From Candidatus Saccharimonadota bacterium (GTDB lineage Bacteria > Patescibacteriota > Saccharimonadia > Saccharimonadales > Saccharimonadaceae): a stretch of 64,000 nt of DNA. The stretch lies in assembly GCA_017506895.1 (NCBI GenBank), contig JAFWBV010000005.1, positions 67,983 to 131,982 of the forward strand, written 5' to 3'. The notes under the pieces were generated by a model. That model saw nothing but the letters and a program-made list of their open reading frames with translations, searched no databases and was not told the DNA's origin. Shown one piece after another: positions 47,801 to 56,890 of the stretch; within the stretch, counting starts at the first letter, position 1, and each line of letters opens with the position of its first letter. Both the position numbers and the translations under genes were made by a program.

Positions 47801-48533
47801 GTATTTTGAGGAGCAAACTCACCCAATATCTCTCATAACTGCCGAAAACAACGACAAAATGGTAACGGTTGGAGGTATCATCACGTCAGTGAGAACAATT
47901 TTGACGAAAAAAGGCGATAAAATGGCCTTCGTAAAATTGGAGAACAAAACTGGTGAAACGGAATTTATTGTTTTTCCGTCAGTCTTTGCAGAATGTGGCG
48001 GCAAACTCGAAGTTGATAATGTAGTAAAAGTTAAGGGCAAAGTAAATGCAACTGACCGTGATGGCAATATGACATCAGATGTTAAATTGTTGGCCGAAGC
48101 GGTAGAGACAATTTCAGATGATACTTTGGCGTCTTATACATCCACTGGGACTAAGTTAGCTGCACCTGTTTCGGCTCCTGCTAACGGAAAAGGGCGAAGA
48201 CGAGTTTCCGCTGAACGTGTATATGGCGGTAACAAAAATAAGGAAAATAGTGGCTCAACAATAGATGATGCGCCCAGAGTGCTAAAAGAACCGCCGAAAG
48301 ACCCACGTAAAGAAAGACTATATGTGTTGATTGAAAACCCTTCAGATACTGAAATGTTAACCGCTATCAGGAGACTAGCTGATTTGTATATGGGAATGCA
48401 AGAAGTGGTACTTGTAATTAAAGACGGTGAGTCTAAACGTCCATTAAAAATGCCTTTTAAAGTCGATGCTTCGGAAGAATTACTGGTAAAGCTCCGGGAT
48501 TTAGTAGGTTCAGAGCAGGTAAAAGTATGTTAA
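44796..48533 (+). CDS. dnaE: DNA polymerase III alpha subunit
   Basis: HLHNHTHYSLLDG PHP, GRGSAAGS, MPDIDTD, FNKSHA, OB fold; no intein signature seen. Confidence 0.98.
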   Translation: MPETRLKPSDYVHLHNHTHYSLLDGLTKIPELVKFVKDEGMEAVAVTDHGTMSGLVELYKECNDAGIKPILGLEAYVAARKMTDRDPAHDKQRFHITLLAMNNKGFENLCRIMSNAEINGKYYKPRTDHDELEKYNEGIICLSGCMGSEISEAIRAGDDERALKLIDWYRNVFKDRFYLEMQDHGHPKSSTHSLEQKKVNDWLMAHADELKLPLVVTCDAHYLRHEDQDAHEVLLCIGTAANLSDTNRMTLKDYDLHVISPKEIIEHWEDTCPEAVRNTRRIADRCNVDLQLGRILIPKFPVPDGEDEKTFLDKLVFQGLVYRYGGKKLEDTVDMSVEVCRKILEKVDKDRDELHKILPRIDYELSVVDKMGYNGYFLIVQDFINWGKSQRIVYGPGRGSAAGSILAYALRITELDPLKYDLLFERFLNPDRISMPDIDTDIQDTRRDEVIQYCSDKYGFNRVSNIATFGKMMAKNAVRDVARVLEVPYAEADRLAKMVPDPIQGHHVHLADAIRDVPDLKQEYETNPTSKEVIDFASRLEGTIRNHGVHACGVIIAPDDLVKFLPLEVSAKGPIAAQFPMGQVEELGLLKMDFLGLSNLSVINNALRMVRKVYHEDVDMYSLPLDDPQTYALLQRAETTGVFQLESAGMKRYLRDLKASSFEDIIAMVALYRPGPMQFIDSFIRRKHGQEPITYLHPGLENSLKSTYGIMIYQEQFMQISKEWCGFTGGQADTLRKAVGKKKIDLMKKVKPEFIKGAVEIGGATEEIAETFWSQLLEFANYCFNKSHAACYALIAYWTAYLKAHYPDAFMAALMTADMRWTDRLAIEMAECKKMGLKVLGPDINQSYGDFGIVGGENTIRFGLSGIKGMGKALVEEIVIPERDKNGPFKSICDFAKRVDSTKFNKKSWEGAIKTGAFDRFGYSRSDLLFNLEAVQAYGAKIQKDVGSGQTDLFGMMGEAGAVPEVEIKPAPVQHPEKEQLLWERDLMGLYLSAHPLDKYDTYFEEQTHPISLITAENNDKMVTVGGIITSVRTILTKKGDKMAFVKLENKTGETEFIVFPSVFAECGGKLEVDNVVKVKGKVNATDRDGNMTSDVKLLAEAVETISDDTLASYTSTGTKLAAPVSAPANGKGRRRVSAERVYGGNKNKENSGSTIDDAPRVLKEPPKDPRKERLYVLIENPSDTEMLTAIRRLADLYMGMQEVVLVIKDGESKRPLKMPFKVDASEELLVKLRDLVGSEQVKVC

Positions 48534-48561
48534 AAAGCCTTGGCAAATGCCAAGGCTTTTT
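48532..48561. terminator. Bidirectional terminator
   Basis: AAAAAGCCTTGGC-AAAT-GCCAAGGCTTTTT. Confidence 0.9.
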
Positions 48562-48972
48562 TTAAAGGAGTATTGAGTCCCAATATTTGGGTCTCAAATA
48601 ATAGTTTCGCTGGTCATATAAATCGCCATGATTAATCATATCTGCAATCATGATTCCCATATACGAGTTATACTCGCCAGCATCGAAGTAGTACTTAGTG
48701 CCAGATTCGGTTTCGGCACACATCAGGTCGCATTCATCTTCGCCTTCAACTCGTTTGATACTCTTAATATACGAAGTAAAGACTTCGGCGCCATCTTTAA
48801 ATCCTTCACGACCAAAGACATTACCGCCAAGAACGCATTTACCATTTATTACTAACTCTCCCTGGAAGGTTTCCCAGTACTTAACGAACGCTTCTACAAT
48901 ACTACGACGGTTTTCTTTACCGAATTCACGCTCAAAGTACAACTCCCAGTTTTCGATTCTCGGATAAAGCAT
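48562..48972 (-). CDS. Hypothetical protein (phage-like)
   Basis: G.VFGREGFKDG..VFTS.I...TESGTKY pattern; SD GGAGGTGA; own TTGACA/TGATATAAT promoter. Confidence 0.55.
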   Translation of the reverse strand: MLYPRIENWELYFEREFGKENRRSIVEAFVKYWETFQGELVINGKCVLGGNVFGREGFKDGAEVFTSYIKSIKRVEGEDECDLMCAETESGTKYYFDAGEYNSYMGIMIADMINHGDLYDQRNYYLRPKYWDSILL

Positions 48973-49078
48973 TTATTCACCTCCCTTGCTATCCCGATAA
49001 CCCCTTCATTATTAATGTGCTATTTTGTTATTATATCATTAATGGTTAATTATGTCAATTTATGTTATAATCTAGGGC

Positions 49079-49495
49079 ATGAAAAAGAAGAAAACGCCAG
49101 ATTCAGTTACGGTTAATCGAAAAGCAAAGTTCGATTATATTTTGGGCGATGAATTAACTGTCGGAATGGTGCTTTCTGGTCCAGAAGTGCGTTCAATTCG
49201 GGATCATCATGTTCAATTAAAAGGCTCGTTTGTCACGATTCGTAATTCTGAACTATGGCTAAATAATCTCACTTTGGGCGCGGAAACAGCACGTAATATC
49301 AAGCTTCTAGCTACCCGTAAACAAATTGTGGCATTAGAACGCGAAAAAGTAGCTGGGTCGACCATTGTACCACTACGACTACTGGGCGGTTCGAGACATA
49401 TCAAACTAGTAATCGCGGTTGGAAAAGGCAAGAAGAAATACGATAAACGCGAAACCATCAAAAAACGGGATATCGATAGAGAAAGAATGGTATAA
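49079..49495 (+). CDS. smpB: SsrA-binding protein
   Basis: NRKAKFDY, GMVLSGPEVRSIR, GKGKKKYDKRETIK. Confidence 0.95.
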   Translation: MKKKKTPDSVTVNRKAKFDYILGDELTVGMVLSGPEVRSIRDHHVQLKGSFVTIRNSELWLNNLTLGAETARNIKLLATRKQIVALEREKVAGSTIVPLRLLGGSRHIKLVIAVGKGKKKYDKRETIKKRDIDRERMV

Positions 49496-49502
49496 TGACA
49501 CT

Positions 49503-50285
49503 ATGAAGATTTACTCTTGGAATGTAAATGGATTCAGAGCGGTTTTGAGGAAGGGGGCTTTGAAAAGTTTTATTGATAAGTATCAGCCAGATATTTTGTG
49601 TTTACAAGAAACTAAAGCCAAACAAGGTCAGGCCGAAATCGATTTACCGGAATACGAAGAGCTATGGAATTCAGCCGAGAGGCCTGGATACGCAGGGACG
49701 GCAATTTTTACTAGAATTAAGCCAATCTCTATTAAAAATGACTTACCAACAACACAACTATTTGCAGACGAATTTGGAGACCCTTTGGCAGAAGGTAGAG
49801 TTCTGACAGCAGAGTTTGAAAAGTTTTATCTTGTCGATGTGTATACACCAAATTCAAAAAATGCGCTTGAGAGACTTAAGCTACGTGAAAAAAAGTGGGA
49901 TCCGGAATTTTTAGAGTATTTGAAGAAGCTTGAAAAAGAGAAGCCTGTAGTGGTGTGTGGAGATTTTAATGCAGCACACGAAGAAATTGATATAGCACGG
50001 CCAAAAACTAATCATCATTCGGCAGGATTCACTGATGAAGAACGGCAGGGAATTACAAACATAGTTCAGGCAGGTTTTATCGACACGTTTAGATTTTTGA
50101 ACCCAGATGCGGTACGATATACCTGGTGGTCACATTGGGGCCACGCAAGGGAAAACAATGTCGGTTGGCGGATTGATTATTTCTTTATTTCTAAAAGTTT
50201 ATCGGGCAATCTTAAATCGGCAGAAATATATGAAGACGTTCTCGGCTCAGATCACTGCCCGATATCAATAGAATTGGATTTTTAA
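49503..50285 (+). CDS. xth: Exodeoxyribonuclease III / AP endonuclease
   Basis: SWNVNG, LQETK, GDFNAAH, GWRIDYF, GSDHCP. Confidence 0.96.
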   Translation: MKIYSWNVNGFRAVLRKGALKSFIDKYQPDILCLQETKAKQGQAEIDLPEYEELWNSAERPGYAGTAIFTRIKPISIKNDLPTTQLFADEFGDPLAEGRVLTAEFEKFYLVDVYTPNSKNALERLKLREKKWDPEFLEYLKKLEKEKPVVVCGDFNAAHEEIDIARPKTNHHSAGFTDEERQGITNIVQAGFIDTFRFLNPDAVRYTWWSHWGHARENNVGWRIDYFFISKSLSGNLKSAEIYEDVLGSDHCPISIELDF

Positions 50286-50286
50286 A

Positions 50287-51066
50287 ATGAACTATTTTGA
50301 AAAACTTAGTGAAAACCCTTATAAAGATATGGAATGGAATATTCCAGAAAAAAAACAGGGTAATATAAATATAATAGGTGGTAATTCGGGTAGTTTTAAA
50401 ACCGAAATCAGGGCAGCAGAGTTTATTGATGCTACATTCCCAGTGCAAGAAATTAGATTGATTTTGCCTGATGCCCTAAAAAGCAAATTGCCGAATTTGC
50501 CAAATTTTTTATTTGTGCCGTCTACCGACGTGGGGACTTTTGCAGAAAGTCAGATACTCTTAGATTCGTTTAACGCAACCGATTATAATGTAGTGCTTGG
50601 AGATTTGTCTCATAACACGGAGACTGCGCGAGTAATTGCGAACGCAATTAAAAATTCGGAAAAAATGACGTTAGTAACCCGTGATACGGTAGATGTGATA
50701 GCCGATAATCTACCGGAAAGGATACTAATGAATGAAAATGTGGTGTTTTTGGCATCTATTGCACAGCTACAAAAGCTACTGCGCTCGGTTTATTATCCCA
50801 AAATGCTTTTAATATCTTCGTCGCTAGTGCAGGTGGCGGAGATTCTTCATAAGTTCACCCTAAGTTATCCGGTTGGAATAATAACTTTACACAATGGACA
50901 AATACTGGTTTCAAGTAGCGGCAACGTCAAGGCAATTGCTCTAGAAAAAACTGAGTATTCGCCGATTAGTTTTTGGAATGGAGAAGTGGCTGGAAAAATC
51001 GCTGGGATGAATCTATATAATCCGAATAGATTCGTCGAAGCAACAATTGCTGGAATCGTACGATAA
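50287..51066 (+). CDS. Degenerate YjeF/NnrD carbohydrate-kinase-like protein
   Basis: KKQGNINIIGGN N-terminus as in NnrD; later kinase motifs weak. Confidence 0.55.
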   Translation: MNYFEKLSENPYKDMEWNIPEKKQGNINIIGGNSGSFKTEIRAAEFIDATFPVQEIRLILPDALKSKLPNLPNFLFVPSTDVGTFAESQILLDSFNATDYNVVLGDLSHNTETARVIANAIKNSEKMTLVTRDTVDVIADNLPERILMNENVVFLASIAQLQKLLRSVYYPKMLLISSSLVQVAEILHKFTLSYPVGIITLHNGQILVSSSGNVKAIALEKTEYSPISFWNGEVAGKIAGMNLYNPNRFVEATIAGIVR

Positions 51067-51106
51067 AGGTTTAAATTGTGCGGCTTAGTTCGGCTTTTGT
51101 TCGGGT

Positions 51107-51193
51107 ACGCTAGATATAGCGTGGTTTTGGATGATTTTTAGCAATTTTGACGCTAGATATAGCGTAGGTGCTCACTATATATTATATGTAGTG
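51107..51193. repeat. Two identical 16-bp palindromes plus a third related one
   Basis: ACGCTAGATATAGCGT at 51107 and 51150; CACTATAT...ATGTAGTG at 51173-51193. Confidence 0.8.
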
Positions 51194-51216
51194 CTGGAAA
51201 TAGGTAAATTATATGA

Positions 51217-52971
51217 CTAAGCTGACGGAACGTAGGTACCGGAACTATTCCAAGAACCAGCACGCAGGGTGAAGGGTTCGGGCGTGGCGGCAGATCCATT
51301 AAACATTGTATAAAAATTATTTGTACTAGACGAACCACTCCCTGCTGTTGCCGTTACGCCAGTCACATCCCAGTTTTTTATGCCGGAAACATCTCTAAGA
51401 TTAGTAGTTTGTATGAACATTTGTCTCATATTACTTACATTCGAGACATCCCAACGAGACAATGAATCTAGGTTTGTAATAATAGAATAACCAAACATAC
51501 CTGACATATTTGTAACACTTCCAGTATTCCAGTTTGCTAAACCGGAAATATCTTCAAGTTGCGAATTGAAACCGTAGTCATCATGTAGCCATGCATCAAT
51601 ATGAAACATCGCCTGCATGCTTTCAACATTAGAAACATCCCAATTAGATAAGGCGTCTACGTTCGTGATTGGTAAATCTGCAAACATCCAGGCCATATTC
51701 GTCACATTGGATGTATCCCAAAAAGATAATGTAGAAATATCTGTTAGTGATGTATCGAGAGAAAACATTTGTTGCATATTAGTAACATTTGAGGTATCCC
51801 AGTTAGCTAAGGCAGTAATATCTGACAACGATGATATATAGCCAGCCTGGAAAGATGAAGGGTTGGTGGAGAATGTGCTTTGCATATTTTCTACATTGGA
51901 CGTATCCCATTTAGCTAGGGGATCGAGGTTGGTTAAGGATATTGTGCTATCAATAAATAATGCATGCATATTAGCCACATTAGAACTATCCCAATTTTCT
52001 AAACCAGAGATATCAGCCAATGCTAGGTTACCCCTAAATAAGCTGGCTGAATCAGAGTTCATTACGACCTGGTATCCACCAGTATAGAAATACATAATAC
52101 CAGCATCATTAGTATTGTCATAGAAGATGTAAATTGGATGCTTAGAAGTGGATGTGGAAACAGTGTTGGCCTCAGATGGGGTGAAACCACTTGGAAGGGA
52201 ATCGGCCATACGGATAGCTTTAATGTCGCTAGTTTTAGCGTTATAGGCCGTGGTAGTACCGCCAGCAGCTAGAGTCTTCATTTTAGCGGCCACTACTTGG
52301 CCTGTGTCTAGCATCGTACTATTGGGAATAGGAGTAGTGTTCGGATGGACTAAAGTATATTTCACTTGGCCGACATAAGTGCCGGCGAGTTGGCTACTTG
52401 AGACATAAACTTGGTAAGTGGTTTTGAAATTAGAACCAGTGGCATTTGTACCTACATCAGTACCAGTAGTACGTTTAGCTACTAAAGTATATTCACTTGG
52501 TACTGCATGGAAAGAGTCAAATGAATTTTGGATAGTGACTGGATAGGCTGGAGTTGGGCTAGTTTGGGTAGATAGTTTCATGGCCCATTGAGAGTTACCA
52601 CCTGATGTAAGAGTGCCAGTGGCTATATCAGAGCCAGAGCCTAAAGAAGAACTAGTTAGAACAGTTTTACCATCAGTATCGTCAGTGTAGCCAATAGCAT
52701 AGATAGCATAGCCTGCATCATCATTACAAAAGATATTAACGTTGGTTTCACCGATGGCAGAGTTAATAGTACCATTAGGAATCTCAGCATTATGAGAGTT
52801 CATACCAGAACCACGCATAGTACAAGATGGGGGGACGCCAATCATGGCACGATCTACGACATCGGTAGTGGCGGATGCGGAGTGGTTAACTAGCGCGGTA
52901 ATAATAATTAGCAAAAAACACAATACAAAAGATTTTTGAATCCGAAATTTTTTGTATATGACCTTACTCAC
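51217..52971 (-). CDS. BspA/DUF285-type leucine-rich-repeat surface protein
   Basis: Signal peptide, beta N-domain, eight W(D/N)xSNVxNM-type repeats. Confidence 0.85.
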   Translation of the reverse strand: MSKVIYKKFRIQKSFVLCFLLIIITALVNHSASATTDVVDRAMIGVPPSCTMRGSGMNSHNAEIPNGTINSAIGETNVNIFCNDDAGYAIYAIGYTDDTDGKTVLTSSSLGSGSDIATGTLTSGGNSQWAMKLSTQTSPTPAYPVTIQNSFDSFHAVPSEYTLVAKRTTGTDVGTNATGSNFKTTYQVYVSSSQLAGTYVGQVKYTLVHPNTTPIPNSTMLDTGQVVAAKMKTLAAGGTTTAYNAKTSDIKAIRMADSLPSGFTPSEANTVSTSTSKHPIYIFYDNTNDAGIMYFYTGGYQVVMNSDSASLFRGNLALADISGLENWDSSNVANMHALFIDSTISLTNLDPLAKWDTSNVENMQSTFSTNPSSFQAGYISSLSDITALANWDTSNVTNMQQMFSLDTSLTDISTLSFWDTSNVTNMAWMFADLPITNVDALSNWDVSNVESMQAMFHIDAWLHDDYGFNSQLEDISGLANWNTGSVTNMSGMFGYSIITNLDSLSRWDVSNVSNMRQMFIQTTNLRDVSGIKNWDVTGVTATAGSGSSSTNNFYTMFNGSAATPEPFTLRAGSWNSSGTYVPSA

Positions 52972-53005
52972 GAAATAATTATAGCATAGTTTTTATGTTT
53001 AAAAA

Positions 53006-53659
53006 CTATTTTGTTTTTTTGTGACTCTTGGCAGAAGATGCGAGCTGTTTTTCAATTTCTACTGCGTCTCGAGAGACATGTTTGCGACGTTGACGTAAAA
53101 AGAACCAGATAAAAACAAAGATTGAGCAGCCAAAAATGAATAGTCCAATCTTGACTGGCATTGGCCAACTAGTAGCGAAAAGAATAAAGGCGTTCACGAC
53201 GCCAAGACAAATTGTATATAAGTAGCGACGTGTAAGTACGATTTTTTTGGCGAGTGGAAAATTACGATTGGTGAGTGAATTCTTGGTGCAATTGTCTGGA
53301 TGGCCAAATAGTTTTCCATACAAAATAATCTCTAGTATCCCACAAATAACCGTGTAGTAGATAATTACAATTAGGCCCACAATCCAATTGACTTGAAGGG
53401 TACAGAAAAGCACTTGACCTGCCGCGAGTAACACGTCAGAAACAATATCGAATTGAGCTGCATACTTGCGATACTTTGGCGTCTTGTTTTTGGGAAAAGG
53501 CCACTTGCGTGCACAGGTGCCATCAAAAGTGTCTGTTAGTTCGGCGGTAAGGAAAATGATAAATGCGTTTTCGGCCGGGCTGCCAGTAAACGATATAATA
53601 ATTAGAATTATACTGAGTATAAATCTTGATAATGTAAGTAAGTCTGCTAAATATCTCAT
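53006..53659 (-). CDS. CDP-alcohol phosphatidyltransferase
   Basis: ADLLTLSR, TDTFDGTCAR, FDIVSD. Confidence 0.85.
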   Translation of the reverse strand: MRYLADLLTLSRFILSIILIIISFTGSPAENAFIIFLTAELTDTFDGTCARKWPFPKNKTPKYRKYAAQFDIVSDVLLAAGQVLFCTLQVNWIVGLIVIIYYTVICGILEIILYGKLFGHPDNCTKNSLTNRNFPLAKKIVLTRRYLYTICLGVVNAFILFATSWPMPVKIGLFIFGCSIFVFIWFFLRQRRKHVSRDAVEIEKQLASSAKSHKKTK

Positions 53660-53698
53660 ATTAGAATTATATCATTCTTGACTATTAGTATTCTAATT

Positions 53699-54931
53699 TT
53701 AAGGCTGTTGCATGCTCAAAAATAGTTGTTCGAGTCTTTTGATTCTTTTTGAAATTAGAATTTCATCACGATGGGCTAGCATTACTTCGCTCATCTTAGC
53801 AATGATTTCTGGACGAGAAAAAATGGCATTTAAGGCTTCTGCCATAGAATCGGGCGTTTCGTTTTTGGACATTATGAAACTACCTTTTGGTACAATTTCT
53901 TGCATATCTGGATCGCAGAAAAACACTGGTACACCATATGCTTCAGCTTCGATTAAAGTCATGCCGAATGTATCGTAATTGTATGACACTAGGACATCGA
54001 GATGGGAATTTGAAATAGCATCACTAAGTTTAGCAAATGGGACATTACCATGAAATCTAACATTAAGATGGTGGGTCGCCGCAAAGCGTCGAGCTCTAGG
54101 TAAATCGTTGCCATCGCCAAAAACGTCAAGCCGATATTTGCAATCGACGCTAGTTAAGGCGTTTAAAAACGGTATGATACGTTTTTCGCCCGAGACGCGC
54201 GAATGCCAAATCATTTTAAGCTCTTCGCCGGACTTTAAAGTTTTGGCCGATGCGTGCATTGGAAATTTTAAGTCGGGAAAACCATTCGGAAAAACTTGAC
54301 TAGGTTTTTTAATACCATAATGTATCAGCTTCTTACGAAAGTGCTCGGATGGGGTAAGCACTAAATCGGCTGCGTTAGCGTGATTTACCATCAAGGTCCA
54401 CATTTTGGCATTAGCGACAGTCTTTGCTAGATAATCATCTCGCTTTATTCTAACATGGTGCGGTAAATACCAAGAATGAAACCAGTTAAGAAATGTTGCC
54501 ACTATTGTACGAAATCCAAAGGGGATTAAATTAGCTTCACCAACATCTTCGCGGCCGTGCATAACTTGAACTGTTGGAATATGCAAACGATGACCAAGAC
54601 GCAGGCCGGCGATCGAACAACCAGATTCATAGTGAATGTAAAAAATATCAAAATGCGTGATTTCGGGATGGCTTTTTAAGAGCCATTTTTCGATAATACT
54701 TGGCCGACGCGAGACTGGTGTAAGCCCCCGAAATAAAAACCTACAGGACGGAACCGGGAAAATATTTTGCTGGGCGAGTTTTTTGATTTCGGTTTGAGAT
54801 TTAGGATAGCTAGAACTAAAAACATAGACAGTGTGACCATTGTTTTCGAGAGCTTGTTTTTGAGCATTAATCGAACTCACAATGCCACCAGTTAAGTCTA
54901 AATAACAGTCGGAAAAGAATGCAATTTTCAT
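53699..54931 (-). CDS. GT4-family glycosyltransferase
   Basis: MKIAFFSDCY...GGIVSS, TPSEH, DTFGMTLIEAEAYGVPV. Confidence 0.9.
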   Translation of the reverse strand: MKIAFFSDCYLDLTGGIVSSINAQKQALENNGHTVYVFSSSYPKSQTEIKKLAQQNIFPVPSCRFLFRGLTPVSRRPSIIEKWLLKSHPEITHFDIFYIHYESGCSIAGLRLGHRLHIPTVQVMHGREDVGEANLIPFGFRTIVATFLNWFHSWYLPHHVRIKRDDYLAKTVANAKMWTLMVNHANAADLVLTPSEHFRKKLIHYGIKKPSQVFPNGFPDLKFPMHASAKTLKSGEELKMIWHSRVSGEKRIIPFLNALTSVDCKYRLDVFGDGNDLPRARRFAATHHLNVRFHGNVPFAKLSDAISNSHLDVLVSYNYDTFGMTLIEAEAYGVPVFFCDPDMQEIVPKGSFIMSKNETPDSMAEALNAIFSRPEIIAKMSEVMLAHRDEILISKRIKRLEQLFLSMQQP

Positions 54932-54980
54932 AGTTTTATTTTATCACGTGACATGATATAATCGAAACATTATCAATTTA

Positions 54981-55073
54981 ATATCAAGAAGGGGCAAAGG
55001 GAACGGCCCGACGACCCCCTGCCAACCTAGTTTAATAACCAAGGTGGTAAATCCGACCAGAAAGGAAAGATAT
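54981..55073 (+). ncRNA. SAM-I/IV-type riboswitch
   Basis: ATATCAAGAA...GGGAACGGCCCGACGA...GCCAACC...GGTGGTAAATCC...GATAT upstream of metK; P1 ATATC/GATAT. Confidence 0.85.
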
Positions 55074-56037
55074 GTTCTATCGAACTGCGGAGAGCGTTTC
55101 TCCAAAACACCCAGACAAACTATGTGACCAAATTAGCGATGCGATTTTGGACGCCTATTTAAAGGCAGATAAAGATGCGCGCGTGGCGGCAGAAACTTGT
55201 GGCGGACACGGCGTAGTATTTGTGACTGGCGAAATCACTTCAAAAGCATCCGACATTGATATTCCGACCATTGTCAAACGCATTGCTGGCGAAGACATGG
55301 AAATACACACCAAAATTGTAAAGCAATCGCCTGAAATTGCAGCCGGTGTGGATACTGGTGGAGCGGGCGATCAGGGAATTATGATTGGCTATGCCTGTGA
55401 TGAGACGCCCGAAATGCTACCACGCGAAGTAATATTGTCGCGACGATTAAACCAGTTTATTTTTGATAAATATCCTTATGATGGCAAAACTCAAGTGACG
55501 ATTGCGCCGGATGGTTCAATTGATTCCATGGTGGCAAGTTTTCAAAATGTGCCAAAAGACGTGCTAGAAGAATTGGTGCATGAATTTATCGCCAATGAAA
55601 AGCTAGAAGGCAAATTAGAACTACATATTAACCCAGCCGGAGATTGGAACCAGGGAGGGTTTGACGCTGATACTGGATTAACTGGACGCAAATTAATCGT
55701 GGACAACTATGGGCCTCGAGTTGCGATTGGTGGCGGTTGTTATTCTGGTAAAGACCCAAGTAAAGTGGACCGTTCGGCCGCTTATATGGCTCGTAAAATT
55801 GCTGTAGATTATTTACGTAAACGTAAGGCGCATGAAGTTTTGGTACGTTTGGCTTACGCGATTGGGCATGATCAGCCGCTCGAAAAAACTGTGATAATCG
55901 ATGGCGAACCAGAAGAAATTGATGGCTACGATTTGTCACCACGTGGTATTATTAAATTCTTAAATCTAAAGCGCCCGATTTATGAAGCTACGGCTAAATG
56001 GGGGCATTATGGAGAAGGTTTTGACTGGGACAAATAA
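55072..56037 (+). CDS. metK: S-adenosylmethionine synthetase
   Basis: ESVSPKHPDKLCDQISD, GAGDQG, DTGLTGRKLIVD, GKDPSKVDRS. Confidence 0.97.
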   Translation: MFYRTAESVSPKHPDKLCDQISDAILDAYLKADKDARVAAETCGGHGVVFVTGEITSKASDIDIPTIVKRIAGEDMEIHTKIVKQSPEIAAGVDTGGAGDQGIMIGYACDETPEMLPREVILSRRLNQFIFDKYPYDGKTQVTIAPDGSIDSMVASFQNVPKDVLEELVHEFIANEKLEGKLELHINPAGDWNQGGFDADTGLTGRKLIVDNYGPRVAIGGGCYSGKDPSKVDRSAAYMARKIAVDYLRKRKAHEVLVRLAYAIGHDQPLEKTVIIDGEPEEIDGYDLSPRGIIKFLNLKRPIYEATAKWGHYGEGFDWDK

Positions 56038-56161
56038 AAAAAGCGCTATACGCGCTTGGTGGAGCTTAATTAATCAGGTTTTAATAGCTTACAGGAAAGA
56101 CTTATCAAAAAGCTACGAAACGATAATGTCTAATTAGTCCTTATTATAGTATAATCATTAT

Positions 56162-56668
56162 ATGAATCCTACAGGAGTATTAAACAACGCACCAAAAAGA
56201 GTGGTTAGTAAACCGAAAATTATTAGTTTAATATTCTTCATAATAATTGTAGTAATTTGGGTTCCTCACACGTTGCCGTTCTTTAAGAATATGGCAAGCA
56301 TGCAGATTATTGCCGCAATTTTTCTAGCGCCTTTAGCAATTGTAGGTCTATTTCTGTCATACAACTCTGGTATATCTTTGGCAAAATTTGATTATAAACG
56401 AGTTACAAAAGGTAAACTATTTGTGCCATATGGCATATTATTGATAATTCATGTTCTATGCATAGGAGCATGTATACTACATGAACTAATTCTTACCGGG
56501 TATCCATTTAAGATGTGCTTTGATTATTGTCAACAAATAGAGATGCCGACTGCGATTATGGCATACTTTATAGTTTCATTCGTCTTGTTTTTGCCCGCAT
56601 ACTGTGCGATTTATCGTTATAGAAAATGGATATTAAAATACGATCTTATGAATCCTATAGAAAAATGA
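56162..56668 (+). CDS. Hypothetical four-TM membrane protein
   Basis: Four hydrophobic segments; TATAAT 6 nt before ATG. Confidence 0.6.
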   Translation: MNPTGVLNNAPKRVVSKPKIISLIFFIIIVVIWVPHTLPFFKNMASMQIIAAIFLAPLAIVGLFLSYNSGISLAKFDYKRVTKGKLFVPYGILLIIHVLCIGACILHELILTGYPFKMCFDYCQQIEMPTAIMAYFIVSFVLFLPAYCAIYRYRKWILKYDLMNPIEK

Positions 56669-56834
56669 TTGTAATTATATAAGGGATTTAACAGCCGATA
56701 TTATAGAGGTTAATTACGATTCTCGACGTATTTTTTGTCGTAAAAATGGCATAAAAATAACCCTCTATTTTTATGAGGGATTTAACAGACACTTACAGAT
56801 TACTAAATAGTTAAAAATTATTATATAACCTGAA

Positions 56835-56890
56835 TGGTGGGCGAGAAGGGACTTGAACCCTTACTGTATTGCTACAACCAGATTTTGAGT
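56835..56890 (-). repeat. attR-like copy of the 3' 56 nt of tRNA-Leu(CAA)
   Basis: Identical to 60374-60429; identity ends in the anticodon loop. Confidence 0.92.

Noticed and set aside
44796-48533. Intein or element insertion in the long dnaE
   Set aside because: No intein terminal motifs or LAGLIDADG signature seen; the extra length is a low-complexity C-terminal linker.
49079-49495. tmRNA gene next to smpB
   Set aside because: No ssrA-like sequence recognised in the flanking intergenic regions.
56057-56066. TGGTGGAGCT as a tmRNA/tRNA-Ala 3' att remnant defining a second islet
   Set aside because: Only 10 bp, abuts the metK terminator, and has no partner copy in the window.
56682-56788. 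13-bp direct repeat AGGGATTTAACAG, 94 bp apart
   Set aside because: Only two copies in AT-rich DNA with no associated gene or structure.
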